Source: a virus (lineage: Duplodnaviria; Heunggongvirae; Uroviricota; Caudoviricetes). Taken from it: a stretch of DNA of 64,000 nucleotides. The translations under genes were made by a program, and so were the position numbers. The stretch is taken from the IMG/VR virus record IMGVR_UViG_3300035210_000190; one strand, given 5' to 3'. Shown one piece after another: positions 34,958 through 44,935 of the stretch (position 1 is its first letter; every line of letters begins with the position of its first letter). Below the pieces are notes generated by a model, which worked only from the letters and a program-made list of their open reading frames with translations, was not told the DNA's origin and made no database searches.

Positions 34958-35566
34958 ATGGCTAAACTTTATTTCCGACACGCCGTTATGAACTCCGGCA
35001 AGAGCCTTGCTCTGTTGCAAGTGAATCACAACTACGTTTCCGAAGGCCGTGATACCGTCCTATTCTCTCATAAAATCGACAACCGCTTTGGCGAAGACGT
35101 TATTGCTTCTCGCATTGCAGGGGCCAGCATTCAAGCTCCAAGCATTTCGATTAACGAAGACGTTAACGTGTTCGACATTGTTTCGGAAAAAGTTGAAGCA
35201 GGCAAAGACGTTGCATGTGTCCTTTGTGATGAATCCCAATTCTATACGGCTGCACAAATCGACCAACTCTCAGATGTTGTTGATGTGCTCAATATTCCCG
35301 TTATTTGCTACGGCCTTAAAAACAGCTTTAAAGGCGAACTGTTTCCAGCCTCGAAACGCTTGATGGAATTGGCCGACATTATCGAAAGTCTTGACCAAGT
35401 GTGCTGGTGTGGTTGCAAAGCTCGTATGACCTTGAAATTCAACTCAGAAACCGGCGAAGTTATTCGTGATGGCGGTGACGTTGAAGTGGGTGCTGAAAGC
35501 AAATACCGCTCCGTTTGCCGTAAACACTGGAAACTTGGTTTGATGTTTAAGCCATCAGTTGCATAA
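34958..35566 (+). CDS. tdk: thymidine kinase
   Basis: MAKLYF....MNSGKS, I.SR, VLCDESQF, PVICYGL..SF.GELF.AS..L.ELAD, C.CG.KA, V.VG....Y.SVCRKHW. Confidence 0.95.
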   Translation: MAKLYFRHAVMNSGKSLALLQVNHNYVSEGRDTVLFSHKIDNRFGEDVIASRIAGASIQAPSISINEDVNVFDIVSEKVEAGKDVACVLCDESQFYTAAQIDQLSDVVDVLNIPVICYGLKNSFKGELFPASKRLMELADIIESLDQVCWCGCKARMTLKFNSETGEVIRDGGDVEVGAESKYRSVCRKHWKLGLMFKPSVA

Positions 35567-35594
35567 ATCATTAAATTAAACAGGAGTAAAAAAC

Positions 35595-35861
35595 ATGCTC
35601 TCTATTTTCGGAATCGGTCACAAAAAAACCGAACCAAAACCTTTCAAATCTCATTTGTTTCATGGACCTTATCAGCCTTGTGAAGTTTATCAGTCGCAAA
35701 TAGGTGGTACTCATCATCTTGTGGCTCGAACTGTCCATACGAGCAAAGACATTCAATTTCCGCCCCGGTTTCTTTCGGTTGATGTCGAAGATTGGATGTT
35801 TGCTAACGGTTATTCCAAGGCACAAATCTCTATTGATTCTTCAATTAAGATTATTTGGTAA
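35595..35861 (+). CDS. hypothetical protein
   Basis: AGGAG SD. Confidence 0.8.
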   Translation: MLSIFGIGHKKTEPKPFKSHLFHGPYQPCEVYQSQIGGTHHLVARTVHTSKDIQFPPRFLSVDVEDWMFANGYSKAQISIDSSIKIIW

Positions 35862-35913
35862 TTCATTTTTTTTTGTGTTATAATGCCTCATCATTTGCGA
35901 CATGGGAGGCTTT

Positions 35914-36441
35914 ATGACCGTACTTCAAACTGTTCGTTATAACCTAGCCGACTTGGCTCGTAGGGGAAAAGAACAACGCATTAAACAGCAACTGGTCAGT
36001 CATATTATTGATGGGTTGAATACGCCTTATCAACCAGCTATCAGTTATCCAAAAGTTCCCCAATATCGGGAAACCATCTTCAACTTTTATACCAGACGGC
36101 ATTACATTAGTCTCAACTTAATGCGGATTATTAACGCTGTCAAAAAAGAGAAGAATGATAAGTTGGCTCATGAAATTGATGTTGTTGTGGGTGATTTTTC
36201 CTATATCCCTGATGTCAATTCTTACTGCCAGCCTATGATCAGGTTGCAGATCCAATCACAATCAGTTCTTCGACCAGCGAATGAGTTTGCTTCAGATTCG
36301 GCGGATATCGAAATAAACAACCATCGCATGGAACTAAAAATTGTTCGTTGCTGCGAACTCATCAAAAAATATCAAGTGAGTGATTCATTGCTTGATTTGA
36401 TGGCAACTGTTCATCATAAGCCAGACATTGTTTGCAGTTGA
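35914..36441 (+). CDS. hypothetical protein
   Basis: GGAGG SD. Confidence 0.8.
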   Translation: MTVLQTVRYNLADLARRGKEQRIKQQLVSHIIDGLNTPYQPAISYPKVPQYRETIFNFYTRRHYISLNLMRIINAVKKEKNDKLAHEIDVVVGDFSYIPDVNSYCQPMIRLQIQSQSVLRPANEFASDSADIEINNHRMELKIVRCCELIKKYQVSDSLLDLMATVHHKPDIVCS

Positions 36442-36462
36442 TGACGAATTATTCATTATATA

Positions 36463-36484
36463 AAGAGGCTTCGGCCTCTTTTTT
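36463..36484 (+). terminator. repeated terminator, copy 4 of 5
   Basis: AAGAGGCTTCGGCCTCTT plus T-tract. Confidence 0.9.
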
Positions 36485-36545
36485 ATTGATCATTTTTCAG
36501 ATTTTTGATATAATATAGCTTCAAACCAGCCATTTAGGTGATTTC

Positions 36546-36845
36546 ATGAAGCAAGTTGCCGCTCTCTTATCAGCCCTGTTCAACCCAATTCCAGTTGCTG
36601 TCATGGACGTTGAGCAAAAGAAATTGCGTGATTTCTCACTGCAGGAAGCCCTTGCTGGTAAAGAATTCAAGTTACGTTGTGGGTTACCTTTTAAAACGAT
36701 TTCGTTGTGCTACAAAGTTGAAGATGATCCACGTCCACGGGTTTTGATCCAAGTTGAAGGTATGCCTATGCCATTTTGTTATTATGATGATGGTATTTGG
36801 AACGAATTGGACTATTCAGATTATGATCTTGTCATGGTGGATTAA
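36546..36845 (+). CDS. hypothetical protein
   Basis: AGGTGA SD. Confidence 0.8.
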   Translation: MKQVAALLSALFNPIPVAVMDVEQKKLRDFSLQEALAGKEFKLRCGLPFKTISLCYKVEDDPRPRVLIQVEGMPMPFCYYDDGIWNELDYSDYDLVMVD

Positions 36846-36912
36846 TTAACAACTTATATTTACAAGTTTGTTTTTATTTGTTATAATAACTCTCCAACAA
36901 AGAGGAATGATA

Positions 36913-37254
36913 ATGGCTCCTATTACTCCACCGAAAGAACCTGTTCAACCACTCACTAAACAGCAAGTTAAAAAAAACCTAGCGGATCGAGTCTTTCCTG
37001 ACTTTGTTATTCAGGCATTTAACGAATGTATCACTGAATCCAATACCAAGGGTTCTACCACTGTGATGCAAGAAGATGTTATTACTCGAATTCTGGAACT
37101 GGGTTCTGTTGAACTTGGTGTTCTTGAACGACACACTATTTTTGAAAATAACTGGCTTGATATTGAACTTCATTATAAAAAAGCCGGTTGGAAAGTTAAA
37201 TACGATAAACCCGGTTTTAACGAGAGCTATAAAGCTTACTTTGTTTTCTCGTAA
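36913..37254 (+). CDS. hypothetical protein
   Basis: GAGGA SD; WLDIE..Y..AGW.V.YDKP. Confidence 0.8.
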   Translation: MAPITPPKEPVQPLTKQQVKKNLADRVFPDFVIQAFNECITESNTKGSTTVMQEDVITRILELGSVELGVLERHTIFENNWLDIELHYKKAGWKVKYDKPGFNESYKAYFVFS

Positions 37255-37272
37255 ATACCATTCATTCTTTTA

Positions 37273-37295
37273 AAGAGGCTTCGGCCTCTTTTTTT
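37273..37295 (+). terminator. repeated terminator, copy 5 of 5
   Basis: AAGAGGCTTCGGCCTCTT plus T-tract. Confidence 0.9.
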
Positions 37296-37381
37296 ATTCA
37301 AAAAACTTTATTTTCGTACAGATCTTTGGTATAATATTTTTTCATGTTAGAACCATATTCCATCCAGTTGAGGAAAACATT

Positions 37382-37681
37382 TTGAAAAAAATTATAGCGG
37401 CTCTCTTTGTGATTGCTCTTTCGGCTCAAGTCCAAGCCGGTGAAATCTGTAAAGTTCAAGTGTGCAACAAAATTGAGCGTTTCTCTCTTAATCCTATGTC
37501 GCATATTCGTGACAGCATCGGTGAATCTTGTGCTGATGTCATTGTTCCGAAAGAAGAAGCTATTGTAGGTCGCCAAATTTCTGCAGAATCTCGCTGGTAC
37601 CAAGGTTCTTTTAACCCGACGAAAGAATCAGTGACCCGTGTAAAACAAGTTTATCAGTGTAAGGAAGTTAAATTCGATTAA
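37382..37681 (+). CDS. exported Cys-containing protein
   Basis: TTG start after GAGGA SD; signal peptide ending VQA; four Cys. Confidence 0.8.
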   Translation: MKKIIAALFVIALSAQVQAGEICKVQVCNKIERFSLNPMSHIRDSIGESCADVIVPKEEAIVGRQISAESRWYQGSFNPTKESVTRVKQVYQCKEVKFD

Positions 37682-37743
37682 GAAATAATCGTTGTGGTAG
37701 AGCTGATTCTTCTGTATAATCAACACATCAACCATCATATGAG

Positions 37744-38340
37744 ATGATCGAAATGAATGATCTGAACCTGTCCAACATCCGCATTATCCTCGATTCTTAC
37801 AGTCGTCTTGATAATTCATCGCGTTTGTTTAATCTTCCAATTGGACTTGCCCGCAGCCTTGATACTGGCTATTCAGCCTGCTATTCAATCACAGAAGACC
37901 GTTACAAAATCAACGAAAACTACAAAATTGGTTTTGTTGGAAATTATTATTTTGGAATCCCCAATGAAAATTTCTACCAATCCGACCTTCGTAGTCTTAT
38001 GGCGAAATCTAAAAATCAACATGCTGGTTTTTATGAGATTGTTCATACCAATTCTTTCGTGATTGGTGACATCACTTCTGTTGATGTATGCAAGAATTCT
38101 GAGAAATTGTTTGATATTCCTTTTTTGATTGTTGGTGAAAGCTCTACTCACTTTTATATCAAGCCGATCATTGAAACCTTTGAAAAGCCTAAAAAGAAAA
38201 GTTTGATGGATATTATCACTCGCAATCAATACTGGGATTGTGGGCGTGTCGAAAAAGAAGAACTGACACAGAAATATATCAAACTTGACATCAATACTGT
38301 CATGCCAGATCGCCACATGGACGTAGTTGAAACTGCTTAA
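37744..38340 (+). CDS. hypothetical protein
   Basis: 198-aa ORF in cassette. Confidence 0.8.
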   Translation: MIEMNDLNLSNIRIILDSYSRLDNSSRLFNLPIGLARSLDTGYSACYSITEDRYKINENYKIGFVGNYYFGIPNENFYQSDLRSLMAKSKNQHAGFYEIVHTNSFVIGDITSVDVCKNSEKLFDIPFLIVGESSTHFYIKPIIETFEKPKKKSLMDIITRNQYWDCGRVEKEELTQKYIKLDINTVMPDRHMDVVETA

Positions 38341-38435
38341 TTTGATGAACACAAAAGGCCCACTTCGGTGGGCTTTTTACATTGTGTAAAATTATTAATT
38401 ATGATAAGATAGTGCCAACTTATAGGAGTGGCATT

Positions 38436-38792
38436 ATGCACAGTTCATTTAAACAACCTAGTTTTTCGTTCTATCAAAAAATGTTCGACTTCATTGTCAA
38501 AGAATTACGTTCTCGCTTCTTTACAGGTAAGATGACCGCAGAAGAATTCACGAATGGCATGTTGACACTTACTGACATTTCCGTAAAGTTCTACAACCTC
38601 GAAACTCAGAATGTCATTATTCTCAGTCGGGCTGAATTTGATATTCTGGAAAATGCTTACAAGGCAATGAAAGAGGATATCGAATCACTCAAACCTGAAT
38701 CAGAGGTGGATCATCTGCTGTTGCAATCAACGGTTAGTGCCTATGATCAATCCTTTGAAATCTGGAAAAATCACATTCACATCGCAGATTGA
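38436..38792 (+). CDS. hypothetical protein
   Basis: AGGAG SD. Confidence 0.75.
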   Translation: MHSSFKQPSFSFYQKMFDFIVKELRSRFFTGKMTAEEFTNGMLTLTDISVKFYNLETQNVIILSRAEFDILENAYKAMKEDIESLKPESEVDHLLLQSTVSAYDQSFEIWKNHIHIAD

Positions 38793-38879
38793 CCTATGAA
38801 ATAGCAACTTTCGAGTTGCTATCAACTTGTTTACTTGATATACTATATCCCTTAACTAAAGGTATATTAGGAATTTATC

Positions 38880-39284
38880 ATGACAGAAAAGAAAAAGATT
38901 TTCTTGTTCTTGGATGATGACGCTTTTCATCCCGACAAGATTCGCCATCCACGTTATTACTACCCGTTGATCGGTGCTGATGAGATCGAGAAGATCGCTT
39001 ATTCACCAGATACTGAAATTATCAAGTTTGCAACGGTAGAAGGTGCTCAGGACTACATTGAACGTAATGGGTGCCCTGACTTCATTTCCTTCGATAATGA
39101 CCTTATGCGTGAGCTTGAAGGCGTTGATCTGGCAAAGTGGTTGGTTGAAAAAGATATGGATGACCCATCCTTTCTGCCTAAAGACTTCAATTTTTTCGTT
39201 CACTCTCAAAACCCAATTGCGAAAGAACGAATTTACAGCTACTTGGGTCAATACCTGTCGATTAAAAACACATCAACCACCTAA
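38880..39284 (+). CDS. cyclic-phosphate-processing receiver-domain protein
   Basis: LFLDD, ISFDNDL, G..LAKWL.E, VHSQNP motifs. Confidence 0.75.
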   Translation: MTEKKKIFLFLDDDAFHPDKIRHPRYYYPLIGADEIEKIAYSPDTEIIKFATVEGAQDYIERNGCPDFISFDNDLMRELEGVDLAKWLVEKDMDDPSFLPKDFNFFVHSQNPIAKERIYSYLGQYLSIKNTSTT

Positions 39285-39342
39285 CAGTGCCCTCCGGGGC
39301 ATTTGTTGCTTACAAAATTGTCTAAAATAGGAGCTAAAAACC

Positions 39343-39669
39343 ATGTCTAACAATGAAATTTTTGTTACTGTTGTGGGGGTTTTTATTTTGGCTCTGTTCG
39401 CTTTCATGACGTGGGTTATGCTGCGTGGCCCGGTTGAGCGTATGCAAGCCGATGGAACACCTTACCCCAAAGAACCTGATTGGAGGGAAAGGGAAGACTT
39501 CGTAGGCCCATTAGAGCCTTGCTTCTTCTATAACTCAGAAAGTCCTGCAGGTTCCTATACCATTGCGTCCTCAAAAATCAGAAATGCAGAAATCAAATGG
39601 TTTGGTGCTGAGTTCAATACAGTAGAAATGAAGGCGTGGTTGAACAAGTTTGGGTATTATCATGCGTAA
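39343..39669 (+). CDS. membrane-anchored protein, paralogue of 40399
   Basis: N-terminal TM; FVGPLEPC.F motif. Confidence 0.75.
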   Translation: MSNNEIFVTVVGVFILALFAFMTWVMLRGPVERMQADGTPYPKEPDWREREDFVGPLEPCFFYNSESPAGSYTIASSKIRNAEIKWFGAEFNTVEMKAWLNKFGYYHA

Positions 39670-39913
39670 GCTGATTAACGCTCTTGTTTGCATGATTAGA
39701 GGGCATTTTTATCGGCCTTCTTATGAATCTCGGTCTATTTTGTCTGGTAAGTATTCGCGTTATCGAAAGACTTACTTTTGTTTTACGTGTGACAGGTGCA
39801 ATAAAAAAACAAAATGGATACCATCCCGGCAGCTTGACGCTTTCAATGCCAAGCATTGTCCAACGTGGGGCAAACCGGGTTCAGACTCACAAGGATATCG
39901 AAAGAAAGATTGA
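39662..39913 (+). CDS. small basic Cys/His protein
   Basis: C..RGH.Y, C.TCDRC; overlaps upstream stop. Confidence 0.7.
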   Translation: MRKLINALVCMIRGHFYRPSYESRSILSGKYSRYRKTYFCFTCDRCNKKTKWIPSRQLDAFNAKHCPTWGKPGSDSQGYRKKD

Positions 39914-39967
39914 TCGCTCAATCCATTCATGGTAAAATGCTTCATCAACTCAACGAGAGTAATCATC

Positions 39968-40297
39968 ATGCCAGAAGTTAACAAGCCTAATCTGAAACCC
40001 GTTCCTTATGTTGTGGGTAATTTTTACCGCACTCAGGGTGGTAACATGGTTCGTTTCGTTCAAGTTCACAACGAAGGAACATCGCATGAAACGATGTCAG
40101 ACGAATCCGGTGTTCATCGTTATACTCAGCGTGATTATGGCCGTGTAACAGGTAGTTGCCATGAATACAGTGACCCTCGCAATGTACTGCCAACTTACTC
40201 CATCGAATTCGTTGATACACTTATTGATGAAATTCAAGATTTGAAAGCACAGCTTTCTGCACTTCGAGTGAATGAAGAAGATCATATGCCCGCATAA
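39968..40297 (+). CDS. hypothetical protein
   Basis: VG.FYRT.GG; co-oriented. Confidence 0.75.
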   Translation: MPEVNKPNLKPVPYVVGNFYRTQGGNMVRFVQVHNEGTSHETMSDESGVHRYTQRDYGRVTGSCHEYSDPRNVLPTYSIEFVDTLIDEIQDLKAQLSALRVNEEDHMPA

Positions 40298-40398
40298 CGT
40301 GTTCGTGTTTGTTTTTTAAAAAAGCCCCGCTAGGGGCTTTTTTGTTGATTAAATATCACATTTTATGTTATAATCCTCAAAATATTTGGAGATACATC

Positions 40399-40704
40399 AT
40401 GATCGCTCAATGGGTAGCATATGCCTTTATGTTTTTCGTTTTTGGCGGCTCGATCTTATTGGTTCTGTATGTGCCTATTCATTTTTCAAGAATAGATTAT
40501 GAGTTAATCAAGGCTCCGTATAAGACTAAATGGCCGCACACTATCCATTTTGTTGGCCCGCTGGAACCTTGCAGGTTTGAACCATACCACCATTACATGA
40601 CGGCACAATCGACCATCAGAAAACAACAGATTGGGTTTTTCAGCAAAGCTACTGATAACGAATTAAAGACACGTCTTTATCAACTGGGTGGTTTCATTCT
40701 CTAA
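40399..40704 (+). CDS. membrane-anchored protein, paralogue of 39343
   Basis: N-terminal TM; FVGPLEPC.F; GGAG SD. Confidence 0.75.
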   Translation: MIAQWVAYAFMFFVFGGSILLVLYVPIHFSRIDYELIKAPYKTKWPHTIHFVGPLEPCRFEPYHHYMTAQSTIRKQQIGFFSKATDNELKTRLYQLGGFIL

Positions 40705-40777
40705 TTTTCAAAAAAATGGTTTTTGTTTGGCGATATTCATGTTATAATGCCTCATCAAAACGAATAGGTAAGTCATC

Positions 40778-41215
40778 ATGTCAGAAGTCAACGAAAGTCA
40801 AGTAGTTGAACAAATCCAAGAAAAACAAGTTTGGACGAACGATGAAGTATTGGACTTGATGGACGAGCTTGATAGTGCTCTTGGTATGATGTCGCCTTAT
40901 TACTCTCAGTGCAATGGTGGGCAGTCTGGTTATGATTTGCTGCAACGTCTTCGTGCTAAACAAGACTTGATTGGCCCATACTTTGAAAATGTCCTTCACG
41001 CAACATCTTGCCAAATCTGCCAGAAAGATTTTGGTCGCTCCAACAAAGGTCGCCGGATGGATGAACACCAGCAACACAGTATGGCGATGGCTCATATCAA
41101 AGACGTGCATGGGATTGAAGACTACAAAGAACGCCGCAAACTTGTTGTCAAACCATACTATATGCTGGTAGAGTTTGAACACCGCAAAGCTTATCTTGAT
41201 AGCATTGCTTCTTAA
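40778..41215 (+). CDS. protein with C2H2-like zinc finger
   Basis: CQIC...HQQH...H...H. Confidence 0.7.
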   Translation: MSEVNESQVVEQIQEKQVWTNDEVLDLMDELDSALGMMSPYYSQCNGGQSGYDLLQRLRAKQDLIGPYFENVLHATSCQICQKDFGRSNKGRRMDEHQQHSMAMAHIKDVHGIEDYKERRKLVVKPYYMLVEFEHRKAYLDSIAS

Positions 41216-41314
41216 TATCAGTTGATGGATTCAAAAGGTCACTTAGGTGGCCTTTTTTCTTGCTATAAAACTGTATTTGGTGTATAATAATACCACTAGA
41301 TCGGGAGTTAAACC

Positions 41315-41698
41315 ATGAAAAATCTTATTGTTGTCGGGAATGAATGTAATGATGTAGCTATGACCTATCAAACGATCAAAAGAGTTTCAATGGAACATGA
41401 TGTGACTTCAATTTGCGTTGGGTCTGAAAAGGATATTTTGACTTCTGTCGAGCGTCAAGCTCATCTTTTTGCTAACCATCAAGATCTTGTTGTTTTCGAC
41501 GCCAGTATTAATGTACCTAAAAGAAAATTTTTCTCTTTCCCCATTTCTCCGATGAGCCTGATTTTTGAGAGAGCAAAACGCTGGGCCTGTAATAACGTTC
41601 TTCTGGTGCTGCATACTGGTAATTATTCCCGTTATGATCGCATTATTAAGAAAGCTTTGGCTCAAAAAATGGACGTTGTGATTGTTCAAGTCCCATAA
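41315..41698 (+). CDS. hypothetical protein
   Basis: GGGAG SD. Confidence 0.75.
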   Translation: MKNLIVVGNECNDVAMTYQTIKRVSMEHDVTSICVGSEKDILTSVERQAHLFANHQDLVVFDASINVPKRKFFSFPISPMSLIFERAKRWACNNVLLVLHTGNYSRYDRIIKKALAQKMDVVIVQVP

Positions 41699-41796
41699 CA
41701 TTCTCAGTAGTGCAAAAAAGGTCACTTGGGTGGCCTTTTTGTTGTTTAACATTTAAAGTTGTAGTATAATGCTGTATCAAACATATAGGTGATGTT

Positions 41797-42198
41797 ATGA
41801 AAAAATTAGCCGAAGTGACCTCCGTTAGCTACCGAGTAGAACTCACTCATAAACAGTTCATTGCCCTTGAAAAACGCGATGAACAAGAGCAAGATGCGAA
41901 CAATCATTTTGACCTTCAGTCGATTCTATCGGGTGTCACTCACGCCGAAGAGCTGGAGTTCAATGGTCACTTTGGGGCGGCTGTTTATTTCAGCTTGCGA
42001 GCCGATTGCCTTGATGATGCGGAAGTTGTTGCAAAAATGATTAAAATGTATGCCACCAAGAAAAGTGTGGATGACATTTTTGATGAATCCTTGAAATCGA
42101 GCTACAATCATCGAAAAAACACCAAAGGTTCCATTTCAGGTTTCGAATCTCGCCTTGGTCGTTACAAAGACTTTGATGATCAAGTGAAATCGCTTTAA
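41797..42198 (+). CDS. hypothetical protein
   Basis: AGGTGA SD. Confidence 0.8.
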   Translation: MKKLAEVTSVSYRVELTHKQFIALEKRDEQEQDANNHFDLQSILSGVTHAEELEFNGHFGAAVYFSLRADCLDDAEVVAKMIKMYATKKSVDDIFDESLKSSYNHRKNTKGSISGFESRLGRYKDFDDQVKSL

Positions 42199-42322
42199 AT
42201 TTGTAAGCCTATAAGCATACAGAAATCTATTTTTTGTTAGCCTATAGGCTTACAAGTTGTTGTTATTTTTAGCCCACATTGCTATAATCAGCCTATTGAA
42301 ATAACCATTACACGGGTGAGCT

Positions 42323-42385
42323 ATGTTTAAAAAGCTTCTGGTTTGGATTAGCCTCTTTCTGTTCTCTATCATCACTTTGGCATAA
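42323..42385 (+). CDS. 20-aa hydrophobic peptide (not in ORF track)
   Basis: MFKKLLVWISLFLFSIITLA after TGCTATAAT promoter and GGTGAG SD. Confidence 0.5.
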   Translation: MFKKLLVWISLFLFSIITLA

Positions 42386-42487
42386 CCTTTGAGTTTTGTT
42401 ATTAAGTGATTGACCCGGTTATTCAATTCGATTAAAATTTGATGTATCAAACTAACTCATCAGAAAAATAGACATAAGGGTATATCA

Positions 42488-42718
42488 ATGGCTACTTACA
42501 TTTTCCGCAATCGTCATGATAAAGCTATCTGTGGTAGTGTGGCCGCGAGTTCACCCACCATTCTGTTTAACCATATTGATGACAAAGCCGATCCGTTTGC
42601 TTTTGAATACTGTAAGTCCAACAGTGACGCTCTTTGGTTAAATGAAGAACAGGAATGGTTTATTTTCAAGCCGATGGAAAACTTCCATGTCATCCCGGCA
42701 CTTATTCCCACCGAATAA
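42488..42718 (+). CDS. hypothetical protein
   Basis: AAGGG SD. Confidence 0.75.
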   Translation: MATYIFRNRHDKAICGSVAASSPTILFNHIDDKADPFAFEYCKSNSDALWLNEEQEWFIFKPMENFHVIPALIPTE

Positions 42719-42825
42719 AATAACATTTCATGAACGAGCCTGATTAATTTCAGGCTTTTTTGTTTCTTTTATAGATCATTTTATAGATTTATGTTATTCT
42801 TCATTCTTCTTAGTTGAGGTGTTCT

Positions 42826-43302
42826 ATGATTATTTATCAAGCCATCAAAAACTTCATTCTGGCATGGGTTGTTTGCCGTAAGTATGGTTTAACTTATAAG
42901 CCCTTTTGTTCATTCGATAGTGCTGAATATAACTATATTTTCAGATATATCATGCTCAACCCCTTTCACCCAGAATTCAATAGTATTCTTTTTCATGAAG
43001 TTGGTCATCATGTTCATGATAAGTTAGTGAACTATAATACTTTCTTTGATCTGACACCCAATTCAATGAAAGTTGTTACTTACAATGAAGAACAAGATTT
43101 TCATAAATTGATTGAAGCTGAATCATTCGCCAGCCGATTTGCTATGAAAACAGGTAAAGCCAATAAATCATTTCTGATGTGGGCTTTTAATACTTATACT
43201 CGGATGCCCTTTCGTCCAGATTTTGAACTTTCCACTAAATCTCATTTTACAAGTTATGTTGACTGTGTATCGAAATACACACTCAGAATAACAAATATTT
43301 AA
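42826..43302 (+). CDS. putative zinc metallopeptidase (HExxH)
   Basis: ILFHEVGHH and downstream E..A..FA. Confidence 0.65.
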   Translation: MIIYQAIKNFILAWVVCRKYGLTYKPFCSFDSAEYNYIFRYIMLNPFHPEFNSILFHEVGHHVHDKLVNYNTFFDLTPNSMKVVTYNEEQDFHKLIEAESFASRFAMKTGKANKSFLMWAFNTYTRMPFRPDFELSTKSHFTSYVDCVSKYTLRITNI

Positions 43303-43368
43303 ACTGTTGTTTAAACCTGTTTTTTATTGTATAATGAGCTATCAAAACATAATGGGATAGACGCCGCC

Positions 43369-43662
43369 ATGATGAAAGAAATTGATGGTTTCATTGATGC
43401 TGTGACCAAAGCCAGCCGGTTGCTTGACCTGAAGGCAAAACGTTCCCATGCTATTCAACGTGCTAAGCCTCGTTGTGGCAACTGTAACAACTGGATGAAA
43501 TCGAGCAAGTGCCCGAAAGAAGTTAATGTCAATGGTCGAAGCCAAGGCCCGTCTTGCGAAGGCTTTGCGTGCCCTTCTTTTCTTGAAGATAGCCTGCATA
43601 CAGATATTTTTAAGAAACAAATTGCTGATTATGAGGCTGAAATCCAGCTTATCAACATTTGA
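43369..43662 (+). CDS. Cys-rich (zinc-binding) protein
   Basis: CGNC..W....C......GP...G..C..F. Confidence 0.7.
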   Translation: MMKEIDGFIDAVTKASRLLDLKAKRSHAIQRAKPRCGNCNNWMKSSKCPKEVNVNGRSQGPSCEGFACPSFLEDSLHTDIFKKQIADYEAEIQLINI

Positions 43663-43750
43663 TAATCACCTATAAAAGTGAACAAAAAACTATATTTTGT
43701 TCACTTTGTTTGTTATAATACGCCATCTAAACGTATTTGAGTAAATCATT

Positions 43751-44044
43751 ATGTCCAATACACCAACCATTTCAGCAGCTCTTGAAGACGCATTGCTTCA
43801 ATATGCGAAAAGTCGGATGGTTGCTAAATCCATCAAGGGTGTTGACCTTGAAAGTGATGCTGTTGTTAAAATCGTCAATCCAAATGCACAACCTGATGAC
43901 ATTCGCTATCAGGTGTCATGGTTTACTGCTGACAACGAACGTTTTTCGGTTGATTGTATTTTGAAACATCCTCATTGCATGTCGTTCATGGACATGGGTA
44001 TTTATGTTTCTGGTGGCCGTTTCGGTCTTAAAAAGATTGGTTAA
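43751..44044 (+). CDS. hypothetical protein
   Basis: Co-oriented ORF after TGTTATAAT promoter. Confidence 0.75.
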   Translation: MSNTPTISAALEDALLQYAKSRMVAKSIKGVDLESDAVVKIVNPNAQPDDIRYQVSWFTADNERFSVDCILKHPHCMSFMDMGIYVSGGRFGLKKIG

Positions 44045-44129
44045 ACAACATCAATAGCTGTTGCAATATTAGTTGACAATCTTTATTTTGTGGAGTATAG
44101 TATTGCCACAAAAAATAGGAGTTACAAAA

Positions 44130-44300
44130 ATGAAAATGTATAAAGTAGTTATTGGTCTTGGTCTTTCCGTTTCGATGCTTTCTTCTTTGGCTATGGCTCA
44201 AGAACCTGTAAAAACTGCAACTGTTGAAGCTGCAAAATCCACGCTCTCTGGCACGTCTACTAAGCCGAAGAATCTTGAATGGGATTTGCGTAATCGTTAA
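44130..44300 (+). CDS. small exported peptide (56 aa)
   Basis: AGGAG SD; signal peptide ending AMA leaves a mature peptide of about 33 aa. Confidence 0.7.
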   Translation: MKMYKVVIGLGLSVSMLSSLAMAQEPVKTATVEAAKSTLSGTSTKPKNLEWDLRNR

Positions 44301-44407
44301 TGCCATTGTTGTCTAAAAAGCCCCATTTATGGGGTTTTTTGTTGTTCTTTTTTTAGGATTTCTGATATTAATATCTAAAATAGCAGCCTATGCTGCTTTT
44401 TTTGTTA

Positions 44408-44770
44408 TTAGTTTACAGCTACACGACAGACTTTATATTGTTTATATTCTGGTGCTGTTACAACGACTTCACCTTTTGTATAATGATAACCATCGGCTGT
44501 GTATTCATTCATTTCATAGTCTCCACCCGTAGTAATAATTTCATTGTTCCATCGGATTGTGTGCGTTCGAAAAGCGATAGATCCAGAAGTCCATAAGGAT
44601 CTTACTGTATCATCATCACAGGTTGGGTTTGATGGCTCTACTGGGGTGGTTCCACCACCTGTTTTAAATACGATGGCATTCTTTTCTAAGTTGTTGTAAA
44701 TCACTGTGTAATCGGCCTGTGATACTCCTATGAAGCAAAGAGCTGTTAAGCACATTAAATATCTTTTCAT
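44408..44770 (-). CDS. exported protein, short relative of 12209/12868
   Basis: Signal ending SQA, then DYTVIY; C-terminal C.....W..G...Y.YTKG...VCR; lacks the TSP1-like module. Confidence 0.75.
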   Translation of the reverse strand: MKRYLMCLTALCFIGVSQADYTVIYNNLEKNAIVFKTGGGTTPVEPSNPTCDDDTVRSLWTSGSIAFRTHTIRWNNEIITTGGDYEMNEYTADGYHYTKGEVVVTAPEYKQYKVCRVAVN

Positions 44771-44935
44771 GTTATTATTCTTATAATTGTGTTTATTCAT
44801 TCTAGCACAATAATATAAAAGTCAAAAAAAATTCAATTTATTCATAGATGAATGATGTGTTTAAAAGAAAGATTCATTGACATAAAAACTCGTTTTTGAT
44901 ATAATTATCCCATCGAAACCAATGAGATTAATGAC

